A DNA stretch of 60,570 bases from Atractiella rhizophila. Its lineage: Eukaryota. Numbering within the stretch: the first letter of the stretch is position 1; every line of letters begins with the position of its first letter. Below are positions 37,398 to 50,584 of this stretch, piece after piece. Position numbers and translations under genes: made by a program. The stretch is taken from contig MU271461.1 of NCBI GenBank assembly GCA_021432655.1, positions 1 to 60,570 of the forward strand. Direction: 5' to 3'. The notes below the pieces were generated by a model, which ran no database searches, was not told the DNA's origin, and was given only the letters and a program-made list of their open reading frames with translations.

Positions 37398-40300
37398 ATG
37401 AGAACATCTATCGCTTTCTTAATCTCGCTAGCATTTCATCTTTCCTTTCTGTACTCAATATTCGACATCTACTTCATCTCTCAGGTTGTATCCGTGAACG
37501 AAAGATATGGAGCTCTAGATCTTAAGGAAGAAGAGCCGCTCGCAAGGAGACTGGTCCTTTTTGTTGGTATGATTTGTCTCTTTTTCTTGGGCAAGGGAGG
37601 GAAGGAATGATGCAAACATGGAGGTAGTGCGGTGGCCCTGTAGCCGTCAAGGCAGGGAAAGAAGGATAGATATCCATTTGTCAGGCAAAGAGATGGGTGT
37701 CTCAACGAGACACCTAGCCGCGTGCTACTTTTCTTACAAGTCACTACCTTTTGGCCAGTGGGAATGCAAGAGACTTGCTCCTGTTCAACTTCTCTTGCTC
37801 TCCTCGACGTCAACTATAGAACTATGCTTCCCACTTGCGAAGATTTCTGTGGATACTGAGCGAGCGAGCGTATCCTCCATCCAGCCACGTTCTCTTTGTT
37901 CTAGATTAAATCCTCTCATCTTTCTACGGTATGAGTTTATGCAGCCTTAGCAGCCACTGAAGCTAGTGAAGCGAACGCTTTACGAATAACCTTTGCCGAT
38001 CCAAATTGAACACGAGAAACAAAAGCGATGATGATTCAAACTGTTCTACATCTTGAGATTTCTGCCTGACCTTCCTTTCTTCGGAGAGGGAGGACGATGA
38101 AAATCTATGAATCTGAGCTTTACCATGCATCATGTTCCAGGTTTGTAACTTCGCCTGTTGGTAGCAAAACTGCTAAGCTGTAATATATGTACAGTACCAC
38201 TGCAATGCATTTTCATTTTCCATAGCCGCTTTACACGCCAATTCAATTCTCCCTAAAGCGCAACCGGACAGTAAAGCCTATGACACGTATAGTGCCTTTT
38301 TTGTTCATTTTGTCAAAGGTTGAGGACTCTCAACTGCACAATGCTCACCATACTTCATGCACTCTTTCAACGCATCGATTAACTGAGCGTTGGTGCGCAG
38401 GTGACGGTCTACGAGCGGACAAGCTCTTCCAACTCTACCCCTCCCCTCCGTTCACCAACATTTCCCCTCTACCTTCAAGCCTACAACCTCCTCCTCACTC
38501 ATCAGATCGACCAAATGGTCAAACAACGCCAGCTCCCTATCTTCGTTCCCTCATCGAAAATGGCATCGCTCGTTGGGGAGTTAGCCATACCCGTGTGCCG
38601 ACTGAGAGTCGACCTGGGCACGTCGCTTTAATCGGAGGAATGTACGAAGACGTTTCTGCGGTCCTTAAAGGTACTTAATTCTCTTGTCGTTGAGTGGTTT
38701 GAGACAGAGGGGAAGGAAGGATGGAAGCTTAACCCAGTCGATTTCGATTCCGCTTTCAACCAATCTACAGTCACGTACGGCTTCGGCAGCCCCGACATTC
38801 TCCCTATGTTTCGAGAAGGAGCACTGCCGAAAGAAAAGGTCAAAATTTGGACGTACGACGAAGAAGCGGAAGATTTCTCTTCCGACGCAGTTCAGCTGGA
38901 CATCTGGTCTCGAGACAGGATGGTGGCCCTTTTGGAGGAGGATCGACTGCCTTTACAAGAGAAAGGCACAATCTTCTTCCTTCACCTCCTTGGTCTTGAC
39001 ACGACGGGTCATGCCTATCGACCGCACTCTATGGAATATTATCGAAACATACAAGCCGTCGATTCTATCGTTTACGACGTTCAAAAGCGTATTGAAGAGT
39101 TTTATGGCGACTCAAGGACTGCCTATGTCTTCACCAGCGATCATGGAATGTCAGATATCGGAAACCACGGTGACGGTCATCCGGACAACACTCGCACCCC
39201 TTTTGTAGTATGGGGAAGTGGGGTTTCAGACACAACGGTGGCCCAGGAAACAAAAGAAACCTGGGGATTGAACGGAAGGATTGATGTAGAGCAGGCGGAT
39301 GTAGCTGGCCTCATGAGTAGCCTGCTTGGCATTAATGTACCCGCTAACAGTCAAGGACGTATTCCACTGGACTATCTAGCCGCTGATCGTGGGAGGAAGG
39401 AAACCATTCGTTGGAGTGGTGTGCAGCAGAGACTGCAGGAATTTGTCGCAAAGACTGGTACGTAGTCTTCCTAGCTAGGAATTCAAGGTTTTGATTTGCC
39501 ATAGATAATAAACTAAAGAAGAAAGGTCGAGGATTCATTCCATTCGAACCTCTGGCGCTCGAACGTAGGAAACAAAAAGTGCAGATTATTGAGCGCCTAC
39601 TTTCTGAGGAAAATTTTGAGGATGCGATGATTGCGATGGAAGAGCTGCATGGCTTGACGCAAGAGGGCTTGAGGTACCTGCAAACGTAAGTAGCTTGTTT
39701 CGTGCCAACCGGTAAACCAATGTGCGGGATATTGCATAGGTACGACTGGCTACTCCTGAAGTCACTCGTTATCGGCGGCTACACAGGGTCGATCGTGGCT
39801 ACTGCTTTATACGTTTACATCAACTTTGCCGCTTCGGACTCTACTGCCACATTCAACACTGCTTTTGGGGTTGGAGCGGCAGCCTTTTGTGCCATGACAG
39901 CGAAATTCGTGATCGAGGAGGCTCCAGCCACATTTTACCTTTATGCCTTCTTTCCTTGCTTGTTCTGGTCATACGTCATCTCCAACTTCAACACCTTTCG
40001 GCAGCTGTTAGGACGAACATCCGTACCCATGGTGATTCTCTCACTTGCCGCACTCGAATGCATGGTACTCGGCTACTTCAACAGGTCCATTTGGAGCGCG
40101 GCATTGTTTGCGACCTGCCTTTGGGCAAGTGTAGCCCTTGAAGAAGACATGGGGAGTGCCAATACTTCAGATGCTTACAAGGCCGTCGCACTTGTGACAA
40201 CGGCATTTCCATTACTCGATGTTAACAAGGAGGAAAATCTGCTGCTGATGTGAGTTTTGTCATGTTTGCTCCTGCGAACAAAGTAATGAAGAAACCATCC

Positions 40301-41301
40301 AGTTCAAGCGGTGGCCTCCTGTTCATCTCTCTTGGAATATATATACGATATTCTGCGAAAAAGCGGCTACGCAGAGTTCTGACGTATCAGGTTTGCTTCT
40401 CTGTACTGTCCAACGCCATAAATAACAAGTAGTCTAGATTATTTTGATTATAGCTTCTTTGATCATCACAAATTGGGCTGCATGGCGGTTAAGAAGGAAA
40501 ATTGGTCTTGGGCTAGTCACCCAATCGTTGGGATGGCTTGTCCTCGGTGCGTCCATCCAGTTCTCCACGAAAGAAAGTCTGAGGTAGCATCCCAGTGCTT
40601 TCTATCATCCTCCCGCTCTTTACTGGCTTTTGGAAGGCGCAACACTATCTCGATCGACTTTGCGTTCTCGTTCTTACTTTCGCTCCCTCCTTCGTCATTC
40701 TCTCGATCGCGGACGAAGTGCTATTCCTGTTCTGCTTCGCAGCTCTTCTCTATTGCTGGTTCAATGTGGAAATCATGCAAGTCAAGCCCATAAAGTATAA
40801 GGAGAAGGTGAGGAAGTTAGATAGCCATAGCGTCAGAATGGCCGTCTTCTTCCTCGGGTTCCTTCACCTTGCCTTTTTTGGCATGGGGAATGTTGCGAGC
40901 ATATCCAGCTTCTACCTTGAACGTGAGTTTCTATCAAACACTGTAAGAACTAGATACTGAATGGCTGACCAGCTGTTTACCGCTTGGTTCCCGTCTTCAA
41001 ACCGTTCTTGATGTCAAGCTTACTCCTTCTCAAGATATTCATTCCCTTTTTCTGTCTCTCTGCCGTCTTCACGATTCTCAACAGGAAGCTGCGCCTCCCC
41101 GCCTTCGCACTATTTTTCATCGTTTTGGCTCTGAGCGATGTGCTAAGCCTCAATTTCTTCTTCCTTGTTCGAGATGAAGGTAGCTGGTTGGAGATCGGAC
41201 AAACGATCAGTCATTTTTCGATATCTAACTTATTGATTCTCTTTACGACTGTTCTCTTTTGGCTAGGGGAAGGCTTGATGTCGTCCGCTTCCATATCCTA
41301 G
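37398..41301 (+). CDS. MCD4: GPI ethanolamine phosphate transferase 1 (PIG-N)
   Basis: [79 protein letters not shown] and [11 protein letters not shown]. Intron 1 is 37567-38400. Confidence 0.96.
38022..38121 (+). ncRNA. Intronic box C/D snoRNA in MCD4 intron 1
   Basis: Terminal stem AAAGC/GCTTT, box C ATGATGA (38028), D' CTGA (38066), a 10-bp C(UUCG)G hairpin (38070-38093), C' ACGATGA (38094) and box D CTGA (38113). Confidence 0.85.
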
Positions 41302-41483
41302 GCTTAGACTTGATTAATAAAGGGAACATAGAAGGGACAATCGCATCTGAAGGAAATGGAATAATCATATGAGATTAAATGCCACGTTTCATACAACAGT
41401 GAACCACCACAATCGAATGAGACTTCGAGCCTGGTACTTTTTATCGCTAAATTCTACAGGGTATCGAGGATCCGTGTACGCCC

Positions 41484-42853
41484 TCACTCTTCATGTCTGC
41501 CAACTTCTTCTGCACCTTGGACCAAGCAGATGACAGTAGTAATGTCGTCCTTTTTCCCGCCGACATAGTACATCCCCTCCTCCATGGCCTTTTGCTGGAA
41601 CGGAGAGGTGACTGCAAGCTGGTCCTCGCTCACAGCCTTCGCACGAGAGCATAACGCCTCTGATAAAGCTCGTGGCGAGAAAGGTCGTAGCTTAAGCTGA
41701 CCGGCGGCCGATGTGGAGGACGAGGCTGAAGTTGGAGAAGAAAACCGGAGGACTTCATCGAGGATATCGTCATCGAAGAGGTTATCGACGAGCCCATCAG
41801 ATGAAAGAACAATGATGTCGTCGCGTTGAACTTTGACGGTGAAATTTTGGGCATCTTTAGACGGTACTGAGGTCTTTTCCGAAAAGGTGGATAGCTGAAA
41901 TGGATAGTTGAAGCTGTGCTGCTGTTCTTCTAATCTGAAGATGTAGTCTCGACCACGAATGATAAAGCAGCAACAGTCTCCGATATTGGTTAACCGTAAT
42001 TCATCGTTGCGCAGAACAGCGAGAAGTGCCGTCGTACTGCCAACAATTCCCTATCAACCACATTAGGTCTGGAAGCCTCTTATGAATGTAAACATACCTC
42101 TTCTACTGCATCTCGCTTTGCTCTGTCAAACGCTCGCTGCAAAACGTCCTGTGGCTTCACCTCAGCCCAGCCGGCGAAGAGTTCGTCTTCCACATCTTCG
42201 TACCGACCTAACTCGGATGAACAAAGATGCATGATCTTCTTAGCCCACCGTCCAGGATCAGCAAACGCATGATTCCTCATCCCTCCAACTCCATCTGCTA
42301 TTCCCAAAGAATCCGAGCGGAGGAAAAACGCATCCTCTCCCACCTGCTCAGCGAAAGGGCTTTCCATCTCTCGCTCCTTCGCCTTCCCAGTATTTGATTT
42401 TGGGATTCCGAAGCCGCTCGCTTTCAGTACAAAGCCTCCATGATGCTTCCCTTGTTGACGACCTCGGGGAGAGACAGGCTTTGTGAACTCATTAAGCCAG
42501 CCCGTGCGGTGCCGATTAGCGCCTTGGAGATGTATAGGTGTTCCTGAACCTGATAGTTGTTGAAGCGAACTTCCAGGAAGAGAGCCTAAGAACGAAAAAG
42601 AGAGGTTGATTTTGGGTTGGTGTGACGATGAGGGTACAACGGACAGATCCTCTACAGGAGGATCCGAAGACGAAGAGGAGGTAGATGCGGAGGAGTTAGG
42701 GAAGAAGAATGGGTTTGCGCTCGTTGGAGACGATGGTGAAGCCACAGGTCCGTTGTGGAAGGTGCGCGAGGAGGACGAGGAGCTGTGTGAGGCTGACGCT
42801 GAACGTAACCGCGAGGCTAACGTTGCCAGCGAACGGTGATGAGATTTTGACAT
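41484..42853 (-). CDS. PTC7: PTC7-type PP2C protein phosphatase with a mitochondrial-like presequence
   Basis: VGEDAFF...LGIADGVGG, GSTTALLAVL, NIGDCCCFIIR, EEQQHSFNYPFQL and GGKKDDIT. Confidence 0.9.
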
Positions 42854-44120
42854 GGTGAGATGTGAGTAGGCCTGCAATATCCAAGTCAGTTCATTGGTTC
42901 GGCGGTTTCCGGAAAAAAGTTCTGAAGGCTGAGTGTGGAGCAGTGACGAATGTTCACGGAGTAGGTTCCAGATATTGTCGACACCCCTCCAATAGGTTGC
43001 AGTTGAAAAGTGGCTGGTACATAGTCAGACGACCTCAAGGGATCAACTTGGGCTGGTTCGATTCCAGAAAGGAATAAGAGCGAGCCATCGAGTCATTTGA
43101 TAACGACTTGGTAAATGCCCTCCTGTCTGTAAGGTTGGACGGCATAGAGCAGCGAGAGAAGGATTCAACTTGAATCACAGCAGGATTTACGATGTATAGG
43201 CAATGGGACGGAAGGCTCAACTTGAAACACTTTCCTCTCTCCAGGCTCTCCCATCGTCCAATATCCGCAATGCCAAAGTTTTGCTGTTGAAGCAGCAGAC
43301 ATATCCGTCGCCGTATGTTCACCATGATGAAGGCAGAAAGCCTTTAAATGCTCCAAAGATACTTCCTCGGCGAACCTCCCCGACAGTAATCGGCATTCAA
43401 CAACCCATATCTATGGGCGCGAATGCAAAGGAACAAAGTAGACCAACAGACAATGAGGAAACAGGTCTGTTTGAAGCAAAAGGAAAGGCGTCAAGCAAGT
43501 CTAAAGACATAATTGGGCAAGCATTCCATTGCTTAGTTCCCACTTCCGTCATCCCAACGCAGTGACACTTAAGGCGGCTAAACTTACCTCAGGCCACTTA
43601 GAACAGTTTATACCCTGAATGCAACCCTGCTTTATCCTTTTCCGAAGGCTGCTGGCAGTTGTTATCGTTGTTTCCTTGCCTTTGGTTGTGAATTTTCGTT
43701 GAGAAGTTGATGATAATTGATGAGCAAAGCTCTGACAACTGTATGACTCAGCTGGAGGTTGGTGGGTGCAAAAGGCTCCATGCGTTGTCCCATGTTCCCA
43801 CTTCCGAAGAAACTGACAAAACGTTTGAAGGTAAGCATTCCTGCTCAATCTGTCCGCTTGCCTAGTTATCCATGTTCTTTATAGACCAGGTTCTGGTGAC
43901 AATTAATCATCCACCAGATAATAAAGTGTTAACGAAGAAAGTTCACTTGCATATCTCAAGGAACACATAACAAAGTGACTTTTGAGGTGTCCTCAATTCT
44001 CGCCAAAAATAGTCCACGTCACTTTGACTCGCATCTCCCATCCTCCTCAAACCACTATGGTATTTGACGCCCGCTGTCATCGTCTCGAATTGTTCGTCGA
44101 ATACGGCTCAGAACCCAATT

Positions 44121-46838
44121 CCCCCCTTCAGCCGAGTGCACGTCCGATGCTTAAGAGATACTACGACTGAAAGAGCATCGTCTTTACAGTGCTGATCTCC
44201 AGGCCTGGATAAAGCTTGGAGTGGTCGACAGACACGGTGAAGGCCACGTCCAAAACACGGTGCAAGGCGTCGATATCGTACGTAGAGGGACGACGAGCTT
44301 CTGTCTGCAGGACACGTTCATCTCGCCCTCCCCATTGAAGTGGAACGTGTATTCCACCTGTATCTTTCTTTTCTCAGCAACCATCAGCCTCCCCTTCAGT
44401 CCGAGTACCGTATTCGATGGGATCATCTCCATATATGCTGTCGCTTCTTCGAACACTAACTGGATAGTTAGCGATTCCAGTTAGCGAATGCCAAGGTGGA
44501 CATGGTGGTCGGTTGTAAGACTTTCCCCCTATTACTTTCCGTTCAGAATTGACGGGAGTGATCCCGATCCTGTCAAGTCCACGTATGCGAGCAGGATTGG
44601 GCAAGTGATAGCTCAACATGATCTGAATGACTCGGAATGACACACTAGTACGCCATCATCAATGGTCAGACCAGTCAGACGGAACAGTGATAATGGAGAG
44701 AGAACTTGGATTGATTCTACTGTTCTCCACCGTGACATATTTTTCAATCCCACTATCCAGGAAGCCATGTTCTGTTTCGTTCGTCAGGAAATTCTGTTTC
44801 TTACTTCCAAGCATTCAAGCATCAAGCAATCAATGTTCCGGACTAAAGCCAGTCTAACCAAATACTTCTCGATTTATCTGGCGCACCTTACATGCTCCAA
44901 ACTTGTGGGTTGGGAAATTCTTTACATTCGCGTCTGTACTACTGCTGCAAGCTTACAAGTTCCCGTTCTCATTGCTTGTCGTTACGTTAGATACAGCCTT
45001 CATAAACTACTCCTTTAGGCGAAGATGGACAGCTTGGGCGACATCTGCGCATAAGTACAATCAGGACACTCACACTTGTAACAGAGGAGCTGAAGAAACG
45101 CACGCTAGACGGATCGTTAAACCTAACGTTACGATCTAAAGCGGTGATAGCGTTGATCTGTTCTTTTGACAGTTGGAAATCGTAGCATTTGAGGTTCTCC
45201 TCCAACCTCTTCTGGTTACTTGTCTTCGGGATAACAGCACAACCAAGGTCCAGAGCCCATTTGAGAATTACTTGCGCGGGAGTCTTGTTGGTTTCTTTCG
45301 CAATTGAAAGGATGGTTTGGTTCTCCATCAAAGTTCCCATATCCTTCGCTGCACCCAATTCGTACCATGAAGCTGGTCCGAACGTGGAATAACTCGTGAC
45401 AGCAATGTTGAAGGTCTCGCAGAGCTTGAGCAGCGGCAGTTGTGGGAGGTAAGGGTCTAACATCCATGGTCAGGGACCCCACCCTTCAACCGAGTGCACG
45501 TCCGATGCTTAAGAGATACTACGACTGAAAGAGGATCATCTTTACAGTGCTGATCTCTGGGCCTGGATAAAGCTTGGAGTGGTCGACAGACACGGTGAAG
45601 ACCACGTCCAAAACACGGTGTAAGGCGTCGATATCGTACGTAGAGGGACGACGAGCTTCTGTCTGCAGCACACGTTCATCTTCCCCTCCCCCTTGAAGTA
45701 AAACCTGTACGCCTCTCAATCCACCTGGGTCTTTCTTTTCTCAGCAACCATCAGCCTCCCTTCAGTCCGAGTACCGTGTTCGATGGGATCATCTCCATAG
45801 AAGCTGTCGCTTCTTCGAACGCTAACTGGATAGTTAGCGAATCCAGTTAGCGAATGCCAAGGTGGACATGGTGGTCGGTTGTAAGACTTTTCCCCTATTA
45901 CTTTCCGTTCAGAATTGACGGGAGTGATCCCGATCCCGTCAAGTCCACGTATGTGAGCAGGATTGGGCAGGTGATAGCTCAACATGATCTGAATGACTCG
46001 GAATGACACACTAGTACGCCACCATCAATGGTCAGACCAGTCAGACGGAACAGTGATAATGGAGAACTTGGATTGATTCTAGTGTTCTCCACCTTGACAT
46101 ATTTTTCAATCCCACTCTCCAGGAAGCCATGTTCTGTTTCGTTCGTCAGGAAATTCCGTTTCTTATTTCCAAGCATTCAAGCATCAAGCAATCAATGTTC
46201 TGGACTAAAGCCAGTCTAACCAAATACTTCTCAATTTATCTAGCGCACCTTACATGCTCCAAACTGGTGTGTTGGGAAATTCTTTACATTCGCGTCTGTA
46301 CTACTGCTGCAAGTGTACAAGTTCCCGTTCTCATTGCTTGTCGTTACGTTAGATACAGCCTTCATAAACTACTCCTTTAGGCGAAGATGGACAGCTTGGG
46401 CGACATCTGCGCATAAGTACAATCAGGACACTCACACTTGTAACAGAGGAGCTGAAGAAACGCACGCTAGACGGATCGTTAAACCTAACGTTACGATCTA
46501 AAGCGGTGATAGCGTTGATCTGTTCTTTTGACAGTTGGAAATCGTAGCATTTGAGGTTCTCCTCCAACCTCTTCTGGTTACTTGTCTTCGGGATAACAGC
46601 ACAACCAAGGTCCAGAGCCCATTTGAGAATTACTTGCGCGGGAGTCTTGTTGGTTTCTTTCGCAATTGAGAGAATGGTTTGGTTCTCCATCAAAGTTCCC
46701 ATATCCTTCGCTGCACCCAATTCGTACCATGAAGCTGGTCCGAACGTGGAATAACTCGTGACAGCAATGTTGAAGGTCTCGCAGAGCTTGAGCAGCGGCA
46801 GTTGTGGGAGGTAAGGGTCTAACATCCATGGTCAGGGA
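44121..46838 (+). repeat. Tandem duplication, period ~1362 bp (~44121-45476 / 45477-46838)
   Basis: Junction ...ggtcaggga|ccccacccttc.... The copies differ by many substitutions and small indels in the non-coding part and by two synonymous changes that I saw in the coding part. Confidence 0.95.
45015..45476 (-). pseudogene. 3' fragment of the xylose reductase gene
   Basis: Duplicate of 46377-46838 that begins inside an intron. Confidence 0.85.
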
Positions 46839-47800
46839 TTTTCAAAAGAGGAAGGGAATGACCGCACGAATTTCAACCTGCAGAACGGCTGGCTTGATCT
46901 TCGCGTAACGCAACAAGTCAAGGATCAAGGCTCCTTGGAAATTCGAGATGCCAATATTCTTCGCCTTTCCTGCAGCTACGATCTCCTCCATGGCAGCCCA
47001 AGTTTCGCTTATTGGCGCGTCCTCGATCTCGACCCTGTGGATAGAAAAAGGAACAAGTCAATGAGAGGACCTGATCCTACCAAGCAAAGTAACAACGTAC
47101 TGGGATTTTCCGTCATAGAACCATTCAGGAGGGAAGCGGACCTCATGAGAGACGTGTTTAAGGGCGACGGGGAAGTGCATCAAGTAAAGGTCTGATGTTC
47201 AATCCCATCAGACTGAGTTGCAGCACTAAGAGTAAGGCCAGAGAACGTACCGAAATAGTCCAACCCCCAGAGGTTCAGTTGATAATCAATACTCATCAGG
47301 ACATTTTCTCGCTTGTGATTCGTGTTCCACCTACATCATGTTGTCTATCAATTTGTCTTCTGTTGCTCAGAAAGTTGGAGAAGCGCACACTTTAGACGTG
47401 ATGAAAAGTTCCTCCCTTTTCACGAGTCCATCATCGATGGCCTTCTTGATACCTTCACCAGCTTCCTTCTCGTTCCCATCTGAGATCATTCAGAAATCAG
47501 TCGCTTTCTTATGCTCATGACATGGCAAACAACGAACAATCAGCAGCTCCATCGAACAAGCGATAACCAGTTTTGATCGCGTTATACACGACCTACAAAA
47601 GCGCGTCAAACGAGCTCTTTTGCATCAGTGCACGCTCACATCCGCACAAATATCCCTGGGGACTTTCCATAGACCATATCCGACAAGGGGCATCTATGGA
47701 CCATCGATCGAGAAATCAGCACATCGATTCTCCCATGATTTACGGTAAAGCCCACCTTTTGACCGGTGCCTGAAAGCGTGGTGGTGGGGACGTCAGCCAT
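46377..47800 (-). CDS. XYL1: NAD(P)H-dependent D-xylose/aldose reductase (AKR2B, XYL1/GRE3-like)
   Basis: [76 protein letters not shown] and a C-terminal LSIFA. Confidence 0.9.
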
Positions 47801-48301
47801 GGCTTAAATTTCTGAGTGGTGTTCTACAGCGTGCTTGTATAATGGAGCTGAGTGCTGAGAGGGGAATCATGAACGCGCGATTCTCCTCCTTTTATGGGAT
47901 GGCGGCTTTTTGTCGGCGGAAACTCACCAGCAGGGAACGGGTGCAAGGTAGAAATATCCGTCAAAGATACCTTCGCTGCAGAATATCATTGCAGTTCATG
48001 GGACCAGTCGATTGCATATTCCAGAGATAGTGGGGCACGAGAAGAGTGATTTTGTATTGCCTCAGTTAAGGACTGTCCATATAATTACATACACACAACA
48101 GCATAAGCATTGATCCATATTTCTATCTCTACTCCGTCTCACCTCAAACGAAGCATCCATGGAATAGATTTGACAAGCAAAGCACTAAACGTCAACGCTT
48201 CAGTGGGGACCGGGTGGAATTCCGCACGTAAGCGCCAGTACCGAAGACGAAGCAATCGAAATGTGTCAAAACCGAAAGGGTAGCGGGCCGTCTATCCTAT
48301 C

Positions 48302-50584
48302 CTATCCCTCTACATCTTCGATTCTCCTCTTCGTCGAACCCGAAGGACGGTCCTCATCATTTAGAGAAGGTTGACGGGGTCGCTTGTTGTTGCTACTCAT
48401 TTTCTCGTGCTCCCACTCTTTGTTAGTCACAATCTCTTGGTCTGGGTCTATTCTGTCCATGAACGCGGAGAGAGCCATGACGCTCGAGATAATCTTTGAG
48501 GGTCCTCCGGCTGGCGTCACCGTCTTCCCAGCTTCCTCGTTCTGTCAACAGACGCTAAGATCAGCAGCAGCTCTCCTATTGACGAAAATGAGGCCGAAGA
48601 CGGACCTGAGCAAGCTGAGGAACACCTAAAAAATTGCGTGACGCAAGTAAGAACTCTCGAACTTCGGATATGAAGCGAGAAAGTGGATATTTCGAGGATA
48701 GATTCCTGAGGTGACTTTCAAGCGTATCTTCGGTTGGGATATTGAGGAACTAGTCCACATTTTCTGTCAACTCAGTTCAAGGAATTAATCGGACAAGTGG
48801 CTTACCTCGTGCGTCCTGTCTCTCATCATTCTCTCAAACTCCGACTGATTCTGGTTCATGTTGCCAAACAAAAGTCTCGCAGCGTTATGAAGCTTCGTGA
48901 TGAATACAAACGTTTCCTTCGACTTCTCATCTTCCTCTTTTCGTCGCTCCTCTTCTCCGGTCTCGCTCTCCTCATCCTCACTGTCCATCTCGCCTTCTCG
49001 CTGCAAGTTCTCCATGCTTGGCAAACGACTCGCCCATCCCCTTCCTTCCCAACCTCCGCATCCGACACCAAACAAACATTCAACGGCATCCACTCCTTTC
49101 CATCCATGGACAAGGTAGCCTTCTAAACAAGCCGCAATGAGGAAGCTAGCGAGGAGGTTGTACCATCGAAGATGTAATTCGATCGGGATGGGCTCCGGCA
49201 TTTCCTTCTCCTTCCCCTTTGGTGACGATCCAAGGGTGGGAATTGTGTCGTTCGAGGTCGACCGTGTCATCGACCCACTCTTCAAGATCTCGTTCTCCCA
49301 ATTCTCCCACAACCCATCCTCCTTCTCCCCACCCTTCCCATTCCCGCTCGTCCCACGCCTAGATTCCATCAAGACGTCCGCGCTGAAAACGATGAAATCC
49401 GCCACAGCATCCACCAGAGCTTTCTTCCTCCCCATTGTTCCGGAAGGTGCGATTCCTTGCGCGGGAAGGTTCATATACCTCCTATCAAGAACGCTGACCA
49501 TCTTTCCCATCCCCGTCTTTCCTTCTCCAAAACAGCCTTCACAATTCTCAATCCGGTGCAAAGAGCACCAAGCCCCCTTCACTCCTGGACCGAAGACTAT
49601 GCGCGCTCGAGAACGCGCATTCTGAGTTTGCACGATCCGATAATCCATGTGAGGGGTCGAAGTTGCGCCAAAGAGGGGATGAGAGATGGTAGACCTTGTC
49701 GAGGATTCGGCGGCTGCCGTGGGAGTCGAGGAAGAGTCGGACTTTCGGAACTTTTGAGCGATGAGACCTTTAGTAAAGCTATTATCGGTGGTAGGCCTTC
49801 CGCTCGTATTAATGCTCGTCATCGAGGATTGGTACGTCTTGGAAGAGATGATGCCGAGTAGGTGAAGGGAGGGAGCGGGATCACTCCGTCTTAAGAGCTT
49901 GGTGAGAGAAATAGAATGAGAAGGACCGGAAGGAAGAATTTGGGAGCCGAAACCAAGGATGGCATCTATGAGATCGTTGAGCGCTATTCTCCTAGTAGTT
50001 TGCTTCGGCAGGCGTTTCTGGAGCTCTTTCGGGCAGCCAGTCTCCTTTTCGGGTTGAGCTGGGAGGCCAAAAGAAAGCGAATGTCTTCGCTCCACCATCT
50101 TTATAACTCGACTGCCTCCCTTTTCAGTCTTCATCATCGAGTGTATGAGGGACGATAATCCTTCAGCACGACGGCTGTCCAACTCAGCCTTCCTCAGATC
50201 CTCGGTCGGAAACTCGATTTCCATCCTACTCTCGCTCCCAGTCGCATTTCCCTGCGCTTGCTCTCTCCATCTCAACTCGGCTTCTATGACCACTGCCGCC
50301 TCCAGCCTAGCATCTCCGCACTGATAAGAGAGGTAATCGATGATATTACTCCTGGACGTCGTTTGGCGTGGAGGGATGTTAGCCAACAAACTAGAGGAGG
50401 CAGGAGAAGGGGGAACAGTCGTTTTGCGTTCGTGGTGAGCTTTGTGTGCGTTGTGTTTGGACACCCATTCGTCGTACGCTTCACGAGAGATGAAGTGCCG
50501 AGTGGAGCCTTGAAGAGAAGGCAGTCGGGTGGACTCGCCGAAGGAGATTATGTACGCTGGTGGGCCAATCGCTACTCGTTCCAT
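48302..50584 (-). CDS. Uncharacterized protein (multi-exon; start uncertain)
   Basis: 599-aa ORF ending at a GTAAGC donor, plus downstream exons. Contains CSLH...CEGC and WYNLLASFL...LEGYLVHGWKG segments. Confidence 0.7.

Noticed and set aside
43035..44980. Short ORFs between PTC7 and the XYL1 fragment
   Set aside because: No recognisable domains. In the duplicated part the two copies differ by frameshifting indels, so coding status is unsupported, though a degraded gene cannot be excluded.
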